Below, one piece after another: positions 13,745 through 26,615 of a stretch of DNA of 64,000 bases. The notes beneath the pieces are model-generated. The model was not told the origin of the DNA. It searched no databases and worked only from the letters and a program-made list of their open reading frames with translations. Every line of letters begins with the position of its first letter. Position 1 is the stretch's first letter. The stretch spans positions 150,066,730 through 150,130,729 of the forward strand of contig NC_068983.1 in assembly GCF_001194135.2 (NCBI RefSeq), in the 5' to 3' direction. This DNA comes from Octopus bimaculoides (lineage: Eukaryota). A program made the position numbers and the translations under genes.

Positions 13745-14372
13745 TCATCACTGTTTTAATGTCCACTTTTCCGTGCTTGCATGGATCAGACGAGTATGTT
13801 TGAACAGAGTTTCTCTGACCTGATGCCTTTCCTGATACCACTACTCACCTGTTTCCAAACAAAGAAACAACCTCTCAATTTAATGAACAAAAAAACAACA
13901 GAAATTGAAAGAACAAAACCTAGTGGACTGCAAGCAAAGGACACTGTCTATATGACCAATGAGGTGTTGGTTTCCAACCAGCAAACACACACGAAAGCAA
14001 AGGATAATATGAATTCATACCCACAAACAAACTCTCTTGCTCTCTCTTGCATGCATATACAATGGGTATTCTTTTATTTGTTTCAGTAATTTGACTGTGG
14101 CCATGCTGGAGCACCGCCTTTAGTCAAACAAATCGACCCCAGGACTTATTCTTTGTAAGCCTAATACTTATTCTATCAGTCTCTTTTGTTGAACTGCTAA
14201 GTTATGGGGACATAAACACAGACACACACACACAACAGGTTTCTTTCAGTTTCTGTCTACCAAATCTACTCACAAGGCTTTGGTTGGCCTGAGGCTACAG
14301 TAGAAGACACTTGCCCAAGGTGTCACGCAGTGGGACTGATCCTGGAACCATGTGGTTGGTAAGCAAGCTACT
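13745..14372 (-). mobile_element. tRNA-derived SINE family B with RTE-like 3' tail
   Basis: Reverse complement reads gtagcttgcttaccaaccacatggttcc...cagtcccactgcgtgacaccttgggcaagtgtcttctact. The tail is aagcacggaaaagtggacattaaa. Confidence 0.8.
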
Positions 14373-15074
14373 TTATTTCATAAATATTTGCCATAAAGGC
14401 ATTACAAAGAGGGGACAAACAAGGACAGACAAACATAAAAGGGGGTGAAGTAGCTGTATCGATTAAATATTTACAATTTTAAATATACAATAATAATTTG
14501 ATTATATTTACAGTGTTCAATTAAAGCATTGCTCATTACAGATGCAATTTGTAATGGCTTTCCTGAAGGATACAGCCACTCTTGCACCTACTTTCACTTT
14601 TATTAATCAGGTTCACCCACAAGACATTGGCTGATCCTTGGCTATAATAAAGTAGGTCATCTGACAGCTTCTAGACAGTGGAATCAAACAGCTAACCACA
14701 TGGTTCCAAAGTGAATACACACACACAAAAGACCCTAAAAGTACATTCTAAACTATCATTGCCAGAAGTGAAAGAAACAAAACAGATTTTTTTTAAAATA
14801 CACCACCACCCCTACACACACACACACAAGATTTAACAAAATAATTGTCAATCAAAATTCCAACAGATATGTAATAATTCACGGGAGTTTAAAATGCCAA
14901 ATTAGAAACTGAATGAATTTTACTGCAAAGGTTATACATTGGAATTTATCACTTTCGATAATTTCTAACAAATTTTAACACTTATGAACATTTCTTAAAT
15001 GTACAAAATTTGCAAAGTGGAAAATGAAAGTGTCTAGTTGTGTTACAGCTGGACTTTGGGAATTGAAAATACTT

Positions 15075-15462
15075 NNNNNNNNNNNNNNNNNNNNNNNNNN
15101 NNNNNNNNNNNNNNNNNNNNNNNNNNNNNNNNNNNNNNNNNNNNNNNNNNNNNNNNNNNNNNNNNNNNNNNNNNNNNNNNNNNNNNNNNNNNNNNNNNNN
15201 NNNNNNNNNNNNNNNNNNNNNNNNNNNNNNNNNNNNNNNNNNNNNNNNNNNNNNNNNNNNNNNNNNNNNNNNNNNNNNNNNNNNNNNNNNNNNNNNNNNN
15301 NNNNNNNNNNNNNNNNNNNNNNNNNNNNNNNNNNNNNNNNNNNNNNNNNNNNNNNNNNNNNNNNNNNNNNNNNNNNNNNNNNNNNNNNNNNNNNNNNNNN
15401 NNNNNNNNNNNNNNNNNNNNNNNNNNNNNNNNNNNNNNNNNNNNNNNNNNNNNNNNNNNNNN
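15075..15462. other. Assembly gap (N)
   Basis: N run. Confidence 0.99.
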
Positions 15463-16199
15463 GGAAGAAGATGATTCTAAGAAGTGAAAGGCTGAGTAAG
15501 AATGGGAGTTAAGGTAAACATGTAAGAGGAAGAGCAGAAAGTTGAGAGGATAAAAGTGATATGGAAAAGGAAAAAGAACAATATGAAACAGTAAATTTAT
15601 GACAGAACTGCATTTGTAGTTATTTCCTCCTTTCATCCCCAACTATATTTGTTTAAAGTAACTTCGAAGACATTATATCCTTACGGATAAACGAATACAC
15701 TGCAACAGTGTAATAATATAATCGAAACAAACAGTAGCAACCACACGGAATGTAATGACAATCTTTTAAGAACCAACAATCCAACACACTAACTCGAACT
15801 GTAAACTTTGAACTATCAACACACGAACTGTGGAACCAGCATGATGATTTTATTGAAACCACAAACAGGGGACAATACAGACAAATGGGGTCGGGGACTT
15901 ATGGAATGATATTACATATACGAATAAATACATTATAATTTCAGATGAAGATGAAACAAAAAAAATGAATGGACTTGGAATGGGCTTGACCCCACCAACC
16001 ACATTCCAGCGTTGAACTTTTTACTTTGTCCTTTTTTTACTCCACTTAATTAGGCACTTACATACCCAACATTCAGGTTACTTTCTTCCATCTTCTTTCA
16101 TACCTTTTTGGTGTCAGGCATTTCTTCTCCAGACATGTTTTCCCTCTTAGGTGATATAAAAAGTGGTTAACCAAAGCATGCCTGATGCGATACCTCTTC

Positions 16200-17690
16200 C
16201 ACGTGTCTTCCATATCACCTCTTTCGCTATAGCTATTATGGCTAGAAAACATAACTTTTCTTCTTTTAGAGGAGATGGTGGAATGATCTTAATAATCAAT
16301 ATGGCTGACAGCTGTACTCTCCCCAGCTGTGACAGTACCTGTTTGGTAGAAACCTACACATCTGAGAGACTTGGACACTGTACGATTGCATGCAGAAGTG
16401 TTTTGTTGCTCTGCCTGCAATGTGGGCACGTAGGCAAAACCATGATGCACAGCGTCGTGAGTTTATCCCGAACTGGCAAGGCACTTTGGAAGCACAACAA
16501 AGCCAGAGACCAAAAGTCCTTTGATGCAGGTTGGCAAGCTGACTTTCATTGAAACTCAGAGTTTCCCCCAGGCCGTCATCACACTTGCCCTCTATAGTAT
16601 GCCATGGTGGTACTCCCTCCACTGGCATTGCTCGTTCAGGAGAGAAACACGACCACCTGTTGACACTGCTTGCCAAGCTCCCAGGCTTAGTCTACGCCTG
16701 ATCCAGTTTTCCAAAAGAGATGAACCTGGGAATCATCAATGAACGGAGACCACACCCACCCACCGTCCAGGTAGAGCCAGAGATGCCTCAACCTCAGTGC
16801 CTGCCTGCGCATCTTCAGCCATGGCATCCCTAACCCACCCATTAGCAGTTGTTGGCAGCAGACAGAGCACCTTACAAGAGGCTGCCTGCCCTCCCAGAAG
16901 AAGTGAAAGAGCATGCGTTCCAACTTGTTTACCCACAAATAGGGGCACAGCACAATGGTTAGGCAGTAGGGAATGACAAATGCAATAAACACATTTTCCA
17001 CCTCTGCCCTCCCTTTTAGGGATAGCCTCTGCCCAGACAAGGTCTGAGTTATGGATGACACCCTGCCAGTAACCTTGCTCCAATTCTTCTCTATCTGGAC
17101 CAAACTAGAATCCAAGCATTTTCACTGGACTGTTTGTCCAGCGTCCAACAGTGCTAAGCTGCAAGTTACCCTGGTTAATTCCTCCTTTTGCCACCACTTC
17201 ATAATCCTTTAGGGCATCACCTACCCTCTGTAGGTCCTGGACCCTGGATACGATGACAGTGACATCGTCCACATATACTGTGACTGACTTTCCATAACCT
17301 AGATCTTGCAGGTCTCTCCTTGTCACCGCCAATCTTTGTAGTAGAGGCTTGAGAGCCAATACATACAGCAGGGGCCAGAGTGGACAACCTTGACAAACCG
17401 AGCATTTGATACTGAATGGCTCCAAAAAGAATCTGTTCACCTGAGCTACAGACTTGATATGGCTATATAAAGTGTTGATCCAGCTGCAGAATGTCGGGCC
17501 AAAACTGGCCACCTTGAGAACCACCGCCAGATACCAATTGTCTACCCTATCAAAGGCAACACCCCACCCTTGCCAGGAATCCCATGTACCCTTTCTAAGA
17601 GGAGACTATCACGAACTACCTCACTTACTCAGATCACTACTATTTATATGTAGTGGTCCAGTCCATTCTCACCAGAGGGCATTGTACTCT
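16200..17690 (-). mobile_element. Degraded L1/Tx1-clade LINE ORF2 (RT plus C-terminal CCHC knuckle)
   Basis: AFDRVDNWYLAVVLKVASFGPTFCSWINTLY, SVCQGCPLWPLLYVLALKPLL, VYVDDVTV, FFWEGRQPLV...GGLGMP, and PTCPHCRQSNKTLLHAIVQCP near 16370-16440. Frameshifted. Confidence 0.9.
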
Positions 17691-19271
17691 CACACAATAG
17701 AGGTATATCATAGTATATAGTTAGTAGAAAGTATGCTGCTTTACTATATATTTATGCATATCAGTATGTGTTTGTGTGCACAGGTTGTTGAGTATATGCA
17801 TGAATATATATTTCGTAGTTCTCCATAAATTTCCAGCCCTCTTGCAATTCTCAAAAGGACTGTAAAATTTCCATGTGTACTACTGTTAATTTATTAACTT
17901 TTTGTAACTATATTTCTGTTGAAATACACTGCTTTTGGAAAATAAAGAATTTAGTAAAATAACTTTGTCCTTATTAACCTGGTATTTGAAACATAAATTA
18001 ACATGAAATTTACATGGAAGTTTTTAGCTTAGACCACTTTAAATCAGAAAGTTGGTAACAAAGAACTAAAGGTAGTTGGGTGGGGATGAGACAAAAAGGA
18101 TTAACCACCAGAAATGACAGAGCAACAGAAATAAGAGAGAACCAGATTGGATATCAAACGGTATTAAATCCCTTTTATATTTGAAGTTCTAATTTCAGCT
18201 GGGCAGTTTTGCTTCTCATGCCTCTATGTTTGATAACATAACAACCAGTCACTAGTTAATTTAATCAACAACAACCTCTCCATCAAAATTTGTGATCACT
18301 ATTAGAGAGTAGAGAAAATTATAGTGTAACAATAGCCCCAAAAAGATATTAGCTTCAACATGATGGGTTATAAATTCCTATCTACTGCAGGTGTTTCATT
18401 GTGTCACTTCACCTTTCACCAGCCTGTTGGGAACATGACTATACAAGACCACTAATGAGAATCAGGATGAATGAGGGGAATAAGCAGCCAGGACACAATC
18501 ATTATACTAAGATGACAGTCATTTTAACATAATGATTTTCATTAGTTTATTATTAGTTTATTATTATGCATTTGATTTCCATTAGTCATCTATCTAGTGG
18601 AATTAAACAGTATTAAAAGTATTAAGAGTACATGTATTTCCCCCAAAAGAGATTATTCAACAACAATAACTTTATTGTTAATACATTTCAATTCCAGCAA
18701 TAAATGGGTATCATATCCAAAGAGACTCTAAAACGTTACGAGTGACTATAGCATCTGGAGATTATTTTCAATCAATCCTAAATTTAATTTGAATTTGATT
18801 TATTATTTTATTTTCAAGAACTCACAATTGTCATTAGCTGCTGTCCCTAGTTTCATTGCAAAATACAATTCTTGCATGTATCTGTACAACTGAAAAAAAC
18901 CTCAGCTCGGTCTTTACATACTGATCAACTCATAAGCAGCTTCAACAGAGCATGTAAAATATACATGCTATTCTACCCCTTCACCTCTCTTGACAATCTA
19001 GATCCAGCTGCCATTAGTCTACTATAAGTTCTCTTGGTAACAACACACACCTTTCTTTAACTAGATCATAGAGATGACCTCATTCCCAGCCACCTCAGAC
19101 TATTATTGTAGGCTCCTAACCACTACCTACATACATGAGATGATTTTTATATTCAGTCACCTTAGAGCGGTAAGATTCTCCTTCACTATGAGACAACCTT
19201 TATTCCAAGTAGCTAACTAATATTAAAGGTGCTCATTCTGACATGGCACCACTTATGAGCTTCCACTATAT

Positions 19272-20130
19272 ATAATAACGTTTTCAAATTTTGGCTCAGA
19301 GCCAATAACTTTTAGGAGAGGGGTAAGTTGATTACAGTGACCCCAGTGCTCAGCTGGTATTTATTTTATTAACCCCATAAAGATGAAAGGCAAAATCAAC
19401 TTCAGTGGAATTTGAACTCAAAATATAAAGACAGATGAAATGTTGCTAAGCATTTTACCCAGTGTCCTAATAATTTTGTCAGCTTACCACTCATCTATAA
19501 TAATAACAATAATTTTGGCACAAGATCGGGTTAATCAATTATATTACCTCAGTGCTGAACTGGCACTTACTTTATAAATCCTAAAAGGATGATAGGCAAA
19601 GAAGTGCAGCTAAGCATTTTCACTAGCATGCTAATGATTCTTCCAGCTCACCATCTTAATAATAATAATAATCCTTTCTACTATAAGCACAAAGCCTGAA
19701 ACTTGGGGGAAGGGAATTAGTCAATTATATTGACAGCAGTGTTTCACTGGTACTTAATTTATTGACAACTGAAAGGATGAAAGGCAAAGTCGACCCTTGC
19801 GGAATTTGAACCCAGAATGTAGTGATGGGCAAAATACTGCTAAGCATTTCGTCCAGCATGCTAATGATTCTGCCAGCTCGCTGCCTTCATAATAATAATA
19901 ATAATAATAATAGTAATGATCCTTTCTACTGTAGGCACAAGACCTGAAATTTCGGGGAAGGGATTAAGTCGATTACATCGACCCCAGTGTGTAACTGGTA
20001 CTTATTTAATCGACCCCAAAAAGATGAAAGGCAAAGTTGACCTCGGTGGAATTTGATGGGCAAAATAATGCTAAGCATTTTGTCCAGCATGCTAATGACT
20101 CTGCCAGCTTGCTGCCTTCATAATAATAAT
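19272..20130 (-). mobile_element. Head-to-tail array of four family-A SINEs separated by (TAA)n
   Basis: Units at about 19272-19497, 19510-19657, 19658-19890 and 19891-20121. Each carries gatgaaaggcaaagt(c/t)gac and/or ctaagcattt...gctaatgattctgccagctc. Confidence 0.9.
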
Positions 20131-21067
20131 ATGGCAAGCCTTTATCTACCAAGGAAGGGGAAAAAAAGGATTGATTGGCATAAACATGAGCATTTAGAAG
20201 GAGAACAAATCATTGTATGCTTATCTTAAGGAGAGCAATGAATGGATGTTGCAGGCTGCAGTGAGTGAGTCAGAGATTTAGGATGATGAAGAGAACCTCC
20301 AAATGTACAAAAAGAGAACTTATAAGGAAAAGATCAACTACTGGAAAGAAATAGTCCCACACAGAGTTTGTTTTACAAACATCAGATATAGCTGATGAAA
20401 AATTGCAGAGATGGCTAAGACATGAATTTTTTAAGAAAGAGAAAGAAAGTTTGATCATTGATGCTCAAGAATAAGCTTTGCAAACTAATGCAATCACACA
20501 ATTGATAAGACAGTAGAAACACCTGTAAAGATTGCATTGAAACCCATCTGAAACAACCAGACCATGTAATTAGTGGATGTACAAAACTGGCCCAGAAGTA
20601 CAACAAACTCCATAATAAAGTTGCAGGAGTTACAGGTGGTACAAACAGGAACCCTTGTCAGTCACAGGGAATGATCAAGTAAAATTCACATGGGATATGT
20701 TAATCAAGTAGAAAGAAACCAGAGAGTGGATCTTCATTAACAAAGTGGTACCTGTAGACCAGGACAAAGAATGAGAAAGCCAAAACAGGTATGAAGACCT
20801 GGCATTTGAAGTGGAGTGTATTCATAAAATCTCAAGAGTGAATGTGCTAATCAGCATGATTAGTGCACTTAGAACCATCTCAAAGGGCACAAAAACCTGC
20901 CATGAATAACTGGAACTATGAGACATCATTGGAAGTACGCAGGTAGTGGCAATACTCAGAACAACTCAAGCATTGAAGAGCGTGTTCTAAGTTGCAGGAG
21001 AAAGCTGGCATGACATAGATAATGCAGAAGAATGACAAAAGTGGAGAGACTCATGATAATAATAATC
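20131..21067 (+). mobile_element. 5'-truncated R4/Dong-clade non-LTR retrotransposon (RT C-terminus, zinc knuckle, restriction-like endonuclease remnant)
   Basis: SLYLPRKG (compare RLYLPRKEGGRGL), WLRHEFFKKEKESLIIDAQE*ALQTNAI, DHVISGCTKLAQK..NKLHNKVA, EDLAFEV, ISALRTI. (TAA)n on both sides. Confidence 0.75.
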
Positions 21068-21076
21068 ATTAAATGA

Positions 21077-21114
<38 letters not shown>

Positions 21115-21434
21115 NNNNNNNNNNNNNNNNNNNNNNNNNNNNNNNNNNNNNNNNNNNNNNNNNNNNNNNNNNNNNNNNNNNNNNNNNNNNNNNNNNNNNN
21201 NNNNNNNNNNNNNNNNNNNNNNNNNNNNNNNNNNNNNNNNNNNNNNNNNNNNNNNNNNNNNNNNNNNNNNNNNNNNNNNNNNNNNNNNNNNNNNNNNNNN
21301 NNNNNNNNNNNNNNNNNNNNNNNNNNNNNNNNNNNNNNNNNNNNNNNNNNNNNNNNNNNNNNNNNNNNNNNNNNNNNNNNNNNNNNNNNNNNNNNNNNNN
21401 NNNNNNNNNNNNNNNNNNNNNNNNNNNNNNNNNN
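21115..21434. other. Assembly gap (N) within (TA)n
   Basis: N run. Confidence 0.99.
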
Positions 21435-21458
21435 ATATATATATATATATATATATAT

Positions 21459-22051
21459 AATATTTGAATAAAAGAAGGGTAAAAAATACTGCTTGCCAAA
21501 GATGATAGCAAAAGCTTCAAAAACCACTAATCCTACAATAAATTATTTAATATTATACCCATTAAGGTAGAAGTCTTGCTAACCGCCTCATTATTACTGT
21601 TTTTAACAGCAACAATGCTTTCATATAGTTACTTTTTTATTGTTTATGATAGTTTTTCTCTTTAAACAGAGCGGGACGTCTAAAGTTCGAAACGCACACG
21701 AGTTGACGTAGTGAATATTTTGGAAATAGAGGTTGCTATCTCCAACTGAAGATTGCAAAGCATGTTTTCTCATGCATAGCATGAAATCGATTGATATGGG
21801 GTATGTAAACTATCTTCAAATTCCATCCAGAAGGTAGGCCTATTTTTTAAAGTGTTCATTGCATTGCTCATGTGTGTATTTATCGCTGGGTTGGTGGTTT
21901 TTTAAAGCTTTCGCTTTCATCTTTGGCAAGAGGTATTTTTACCCTTCTTTTATTCTAATATTTAATATTATACCTATTAAGGTAGAAGTCTTGCTACCGC
22001 CTCATTGTTGCTGTTTTTAACAGCAATAATGTTTCATATAGTTACTTTTTT
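21459..22051. mobile_element. Element with ~69-bp inverted and ~93-bp direct repeats; Penelope-like pseudo-LTR architecture
   Basis: Inverted repeat 21459-21527 vs 21894-21962; direct repeat 21545-21638 vs 21960-22051; embedded in (TA)n. The repeats are seen directly; the class is an inference. Confidence 0.55.
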
Positions 22052-22080
22052 GATATATATATATATATATATATATAATT

Positions 22081-22167
22081 AGATTGGAGCCTGGTGTAGC
22101 CATCCAGTTGCACCAGTCCTCAGTCAAATCGTCCAACCCATGCTAGCATGGGAAGCGGACGTTAAAC

Positions 22168-22205
<38 letters not shown>
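22081..22205 (+). mobile_element. RTE LINE 3' tail (87 bp) plus (GAT)n, within (TA)n, 60 bp from the exon donor
   Basis: agattggagcctggtg...catgctagcatgggaagcggacgttaaac(gat)n. Confidence 0.9.
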
Positions 22206-22206
<1 letters not shown>

Positions 22207-22264
22207 ATATATATATATGTATATATATGAGAGGAGAGAGAGTTCAAATAATTTAACAAACTCA

Positions 22265-22477
<213 letters not shown>

Positions 22478-22489
22478 CTACCTCCATAA

Positions 22490-23165
22490 TAATAATGGTT
22501 TCTAATTTAGGTACAAGGCCAGCAATTAATTTTGAGAAGAGAGGAATAATCAATGCCATCAGCCCCAGTACTTGGTCAGTATAATATTTTATTGATCCAA
22601 GGGATGAATAGCAAAGTTGACCTTAGTAGGCTTTGAACTCACAATGTAAAGAACCAGAACAAATATTACAAAGAATTTTTTCCAACATCAACGATTTCTG
22701 ATTTTGTCACAAAGGCCATTATTTTTGAAAAGAGGAGTTAGTTGATGATATCAGCCCAGTACTTGACTGGTACTTTTTATGGATTCTGAAAAAAGGCCCG
22801 ACAAAATTAATCTAGGTGAGATTTGAACTTAGAATGTAAAGAGCCAGAAGAAATTCAGCAAGGCATTTTTCATTGCTCTAATGATTCTGCCAAATTTAGT
22901 GCCTAATAATAACTGTTTCTCACATAGGCACAATGTGTGACATAAAAAAAAAAGAAGAAAACAAAAATATATAGATGAAATAAAGTAGGGTTATCAAATT
23001 GGCCCAGTACTTGACTGGTGTTTTATATTTTTGACCCTGAAAGAGTGAAAAGCAAAGTTGATCTAGGTAGGATTGAAACCAGAATGCAAGGATCCATAGC
23101 TAAATACTGCAAAGCATTCTGCTCTAAGTTCTAATGATTTTGCCAATCCATTGCCCTTATGATAA
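22490..23165 (-). mobile_element. Head-to-tail array of three diverged family-A SINEs
   Basis: Units at about 22493-22700, 22700-22912 and 22913-23165 with cccagtacttg, ttgaact..gaatgtaaaga and ctaatgatt(c/t)tgcca motifs. Confidence 0.8.
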
Positions 23166-23439
23166 TGGTGGTGGTTTTTAACTGAGGCACAAAACCGCAC
23201 ATTTCTGTTGAAGTGTATATCACACACAGAGGTTTGATAAGTGACTTGAAATGAAGCTGTAGACCTTTGAGTCATTTATGCAGCTGTCACAAGCATTGGA
23301 TGTAGAGAAGTTATTGACAATCAGTGCATTATTCCATATAATATATGGTTACTACAAAGATATGAAGCACATATTCATGAAGAGCAGTGTGTCTAAATTA
23401 AGGAAGTAAAATATCAATATATTTATATCTTCAAGAGAA

Positions 23440-23900
23440 TAATTTTAACAATGTGCAATGACTGCCTTAGCCACATAAAAATGAAGAAATTAACAAACTA
23501 AACAGTGAAATTATGAAAAAACTTCCAGGAGTGAGTTCTGTAAGTGTTAACACTGTTACTAATGACAAGTTGTTTGTATCCACCAGAATTTATTAATTCC
23601 CTTACTATTAGTAATGTACTCCTTCACTTTAAAGAAACTGAAGCTCCAATAATGTTGAGAAACCTTAATCACAAAAACAGTCATTGCAAAACTACACATT
23701 ATAGACTTTCATTAACAAATGGTACTTAAATGCAAGTAAAATAACTGGTGATGATGGAGAATGCATTTTTACAGACTTGCCATTTACTTTAAGAAGACAT
23801 CAATTCCCTATCAGATATGCACTGATCATGTCAAGGGCAAAGCATACGAAAATGTAGCAATTATTTTCTTAAACCAGTGTCCACACGTCATCAGCTGTAT
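23440..23900 (+). mobile_element. Helitron Rep/Helicase (PIF1) C-terminal remnant
   Basis: YPPEFINSLT...APIMLRNL in ORF 23544-23729 and DLPFTLRRHQFPIR at 23774 match the Helitron motifs YPxEFLNSL, GxPxMLLRNL and LPFxxxRRQFP. Confidence 0.75.
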
Positions 23901-26615
23901 GCTACAATCTGCAGCATAAAACTGACAGTCTTTGCAAATCAAAATTAATTTACTACATCAAAAGAACATTGCAGACATCCCAGTGATAAAGTATATAGAA
24001 ACAGAAAAAAGTTACAAGTAACATGTATTTTGTTTTTATTTCCAATTTATGTTATAATCAATTCTTTATAGTTGTAATTTAGTCACTAATTCCTGAAAAA
24101 AAAAATCTTTTAATGACAATGCTGTTCAGTTCCAGGTTAGCTATGATTTTGATTTAGCAAACTTATATTCAAAGACATTCCATCAATGACTACTACCTCA
24201 TCTTTCTTCCAGGCTGGCACATCCAGGACTATACTTACATCCAATGTGTTTTACTTTCTTTAAAATAGGTGCGATAAGAGTGATTTGGCTGCTATGTCTA
24301 GCAGGATCAGCTACAGTATAGAAGTTGCTTGTTCAAGAAATGTGCACATATACACAAGTGTACTTTATGCATGTAAATAAATACATATTTAGAAAATTAC
24401 TGGGACAATGTCTCTTTCAAATATTTCAGTAGATTGAAAAATTTAACCTTGCCATACTCATGTTAATGAGTTTATCAAGACTCCAGGAATAAAATAAATA
24501 AAAAAATAAGTTAACCTAGGCAGTATTTCAATTTAGACTGAACAGGAATGACAATACTGTTAGGTGTTTAGTTTTGTGATAGCCCAGTTTCAGTCACTCT
24601 TGCGTTGTATATTCCTTAGCTGCATTCATCTGGTAAATGATTTGATCTAAGATAGTGTGTTGAAACTAAAACAATGGCATCATGTCAGATCATACTTGAC
24701 ATTTAAACACACATAAGTATATCCTACTCTGTAGAATTTTTTTGTGACAAGTATGCAAATTATTTTTGCGATAATACTACATATTATGTAACAAATGAAA
24801 TAGAATACAACTGTACATACAGGTTTTAAATGGTTAATATGACTGCCATAATGGAAGTTGTGCACTGTCTTAAATCAAGAAAGCTAAAATGTTAGAGATC
24901 TAAGTTACATTTAAGGTGCTCCACCTTTACACAAGCACAATAATTAAAAAATTCTCACTCAGTTCTTTCATTTCATTAAAACTAAGGAGAGACTTTTGAA
25001 ATGCCATGTGTTCTGCTTTCTCACTATATTTATATGCCCTAGTTTGGTCGTTTAAAATTACTATATTTACACATGACCTCAAGAGAATTGTCAAATGATT
25101 TACATTACTGTCAAAATACTTCCAGAGAATGCATTATCTAATTAAAATGATAATTTCATTAGACTCCAACATATGCATAAAACAAAATACAATTTGAATA
25201 AAATTTCTTGCTAAACTATGTCAGCATATTGTTATTTGTTAGAATGTGCAGATAAACACCCTTACTTGGTTATCTCAAAATGCTACCGATTAACAATTGT
25301 CTAACATTTTCTACAAGATGTACTACTCAACAGAGGCAGTAATTTTCCTGACTATCCAACAAAAATAAAAGATGATCTAATAGTGTTGCATTCAATCTCT
25401 TCTCCAACAGAAAATGCCAGAGGCTTGCATTTGCCAATTTCAAGCAAAGTAATTGAGTGAAACAAAATTTTAAAAATAAATAAGAAACAAACCCTGAAGT
25501 ATAGTAAAAAAAATAAAAAAAGACTATTAATGTTGACAAGTGTGCAACAACAATCAAGTGAGCTAAAAAGAAATTAGATTACAGATGTGTTATTGTAACT
25601 GGAATCAAAACAATTTATGATTCCATTAAAATCAAAAACGAGAATTTTAATCCATATTAGGTGAAAACAAAATAAAAATGTAGATCAACAGGAAAGATTT
25701 ATTGACCTAAATCAATCAGTTTCAAATTGTACATTATTACTTAAGCTTCTTACAAGAACTGAAATGGTAAAAAAATTGACCCAGTTTTGGTTTTCTAGGA
25801 TAAATTTTTTAAAAATCATATCCTAATTTACAAAGCTAGTCAACATATTATTTGCACTAGTTTATTATTCAGTTACAAACCTCTCTTGATCACGTGAATT
25901 TGTGACCAGCTCATCTATTTCATAGTGTATCCAGAAGTACATTACCTAATATGCCCTTCCTTTTTTTTATTTTACAATAGCAGAGTAAGATCCAAGATTT
26001 GCATAGCATTTCTAACATGTAAAGAAACCAGATAGAAGCTCCCTCACTGTGTTAGTTTATGAAAAGTAAGAAAAGTTGATAGATTTTCCAGACCAAAGTT
26101 TTTGTTTGCAAAGGATCTATCTATGGCAAGCTACTCAACATGTGCATAACCCATTCCAAGCAATACATCATGGGTATACTGAACTCAAAATAACTCAATA
26201 ATTTTACAGTGTTCTCTCTACTTAGGGTGGTGAGCTGTACTAACACAAGTTGTTATTTACACTTAGATGAACTGATATATTTACAATGCCTCGACGAGAA
26301 ACAGAGTATAGATTGGTTTCATCATCAATATCATCATTTTACATCCATTGGTCTATGATCCCCAAATCAGATCAAGAAAATCCTGCTATGGGTACCATAT
26401 AATCCAGTACTACCTGTTTTATGGTTGGCAACAGGTTCCTCCACCCAGCTGTTCAGGACACTCTGCAGGACTAAAAGCAAGACCTGTCAAAAGACAGAAA
26501 TGAGCAGCTGCACTTGATACTTAAAGGAGTGCTTTGTTTTGAACTTTTGCTATTCTCAGATTAACATTGCATGATTAAAATGTTGCATTTCATTCTTCCA
26601 GGGACAAAGACCATA

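Noticed and set aside
15024-15642. Long ORFs spanning N-runs (also near 9734, 20987, 29784, 37214, 48193)
   Set aside because: Artefacts of untranslatable gaps and (TA)n/(CA)n tracts.
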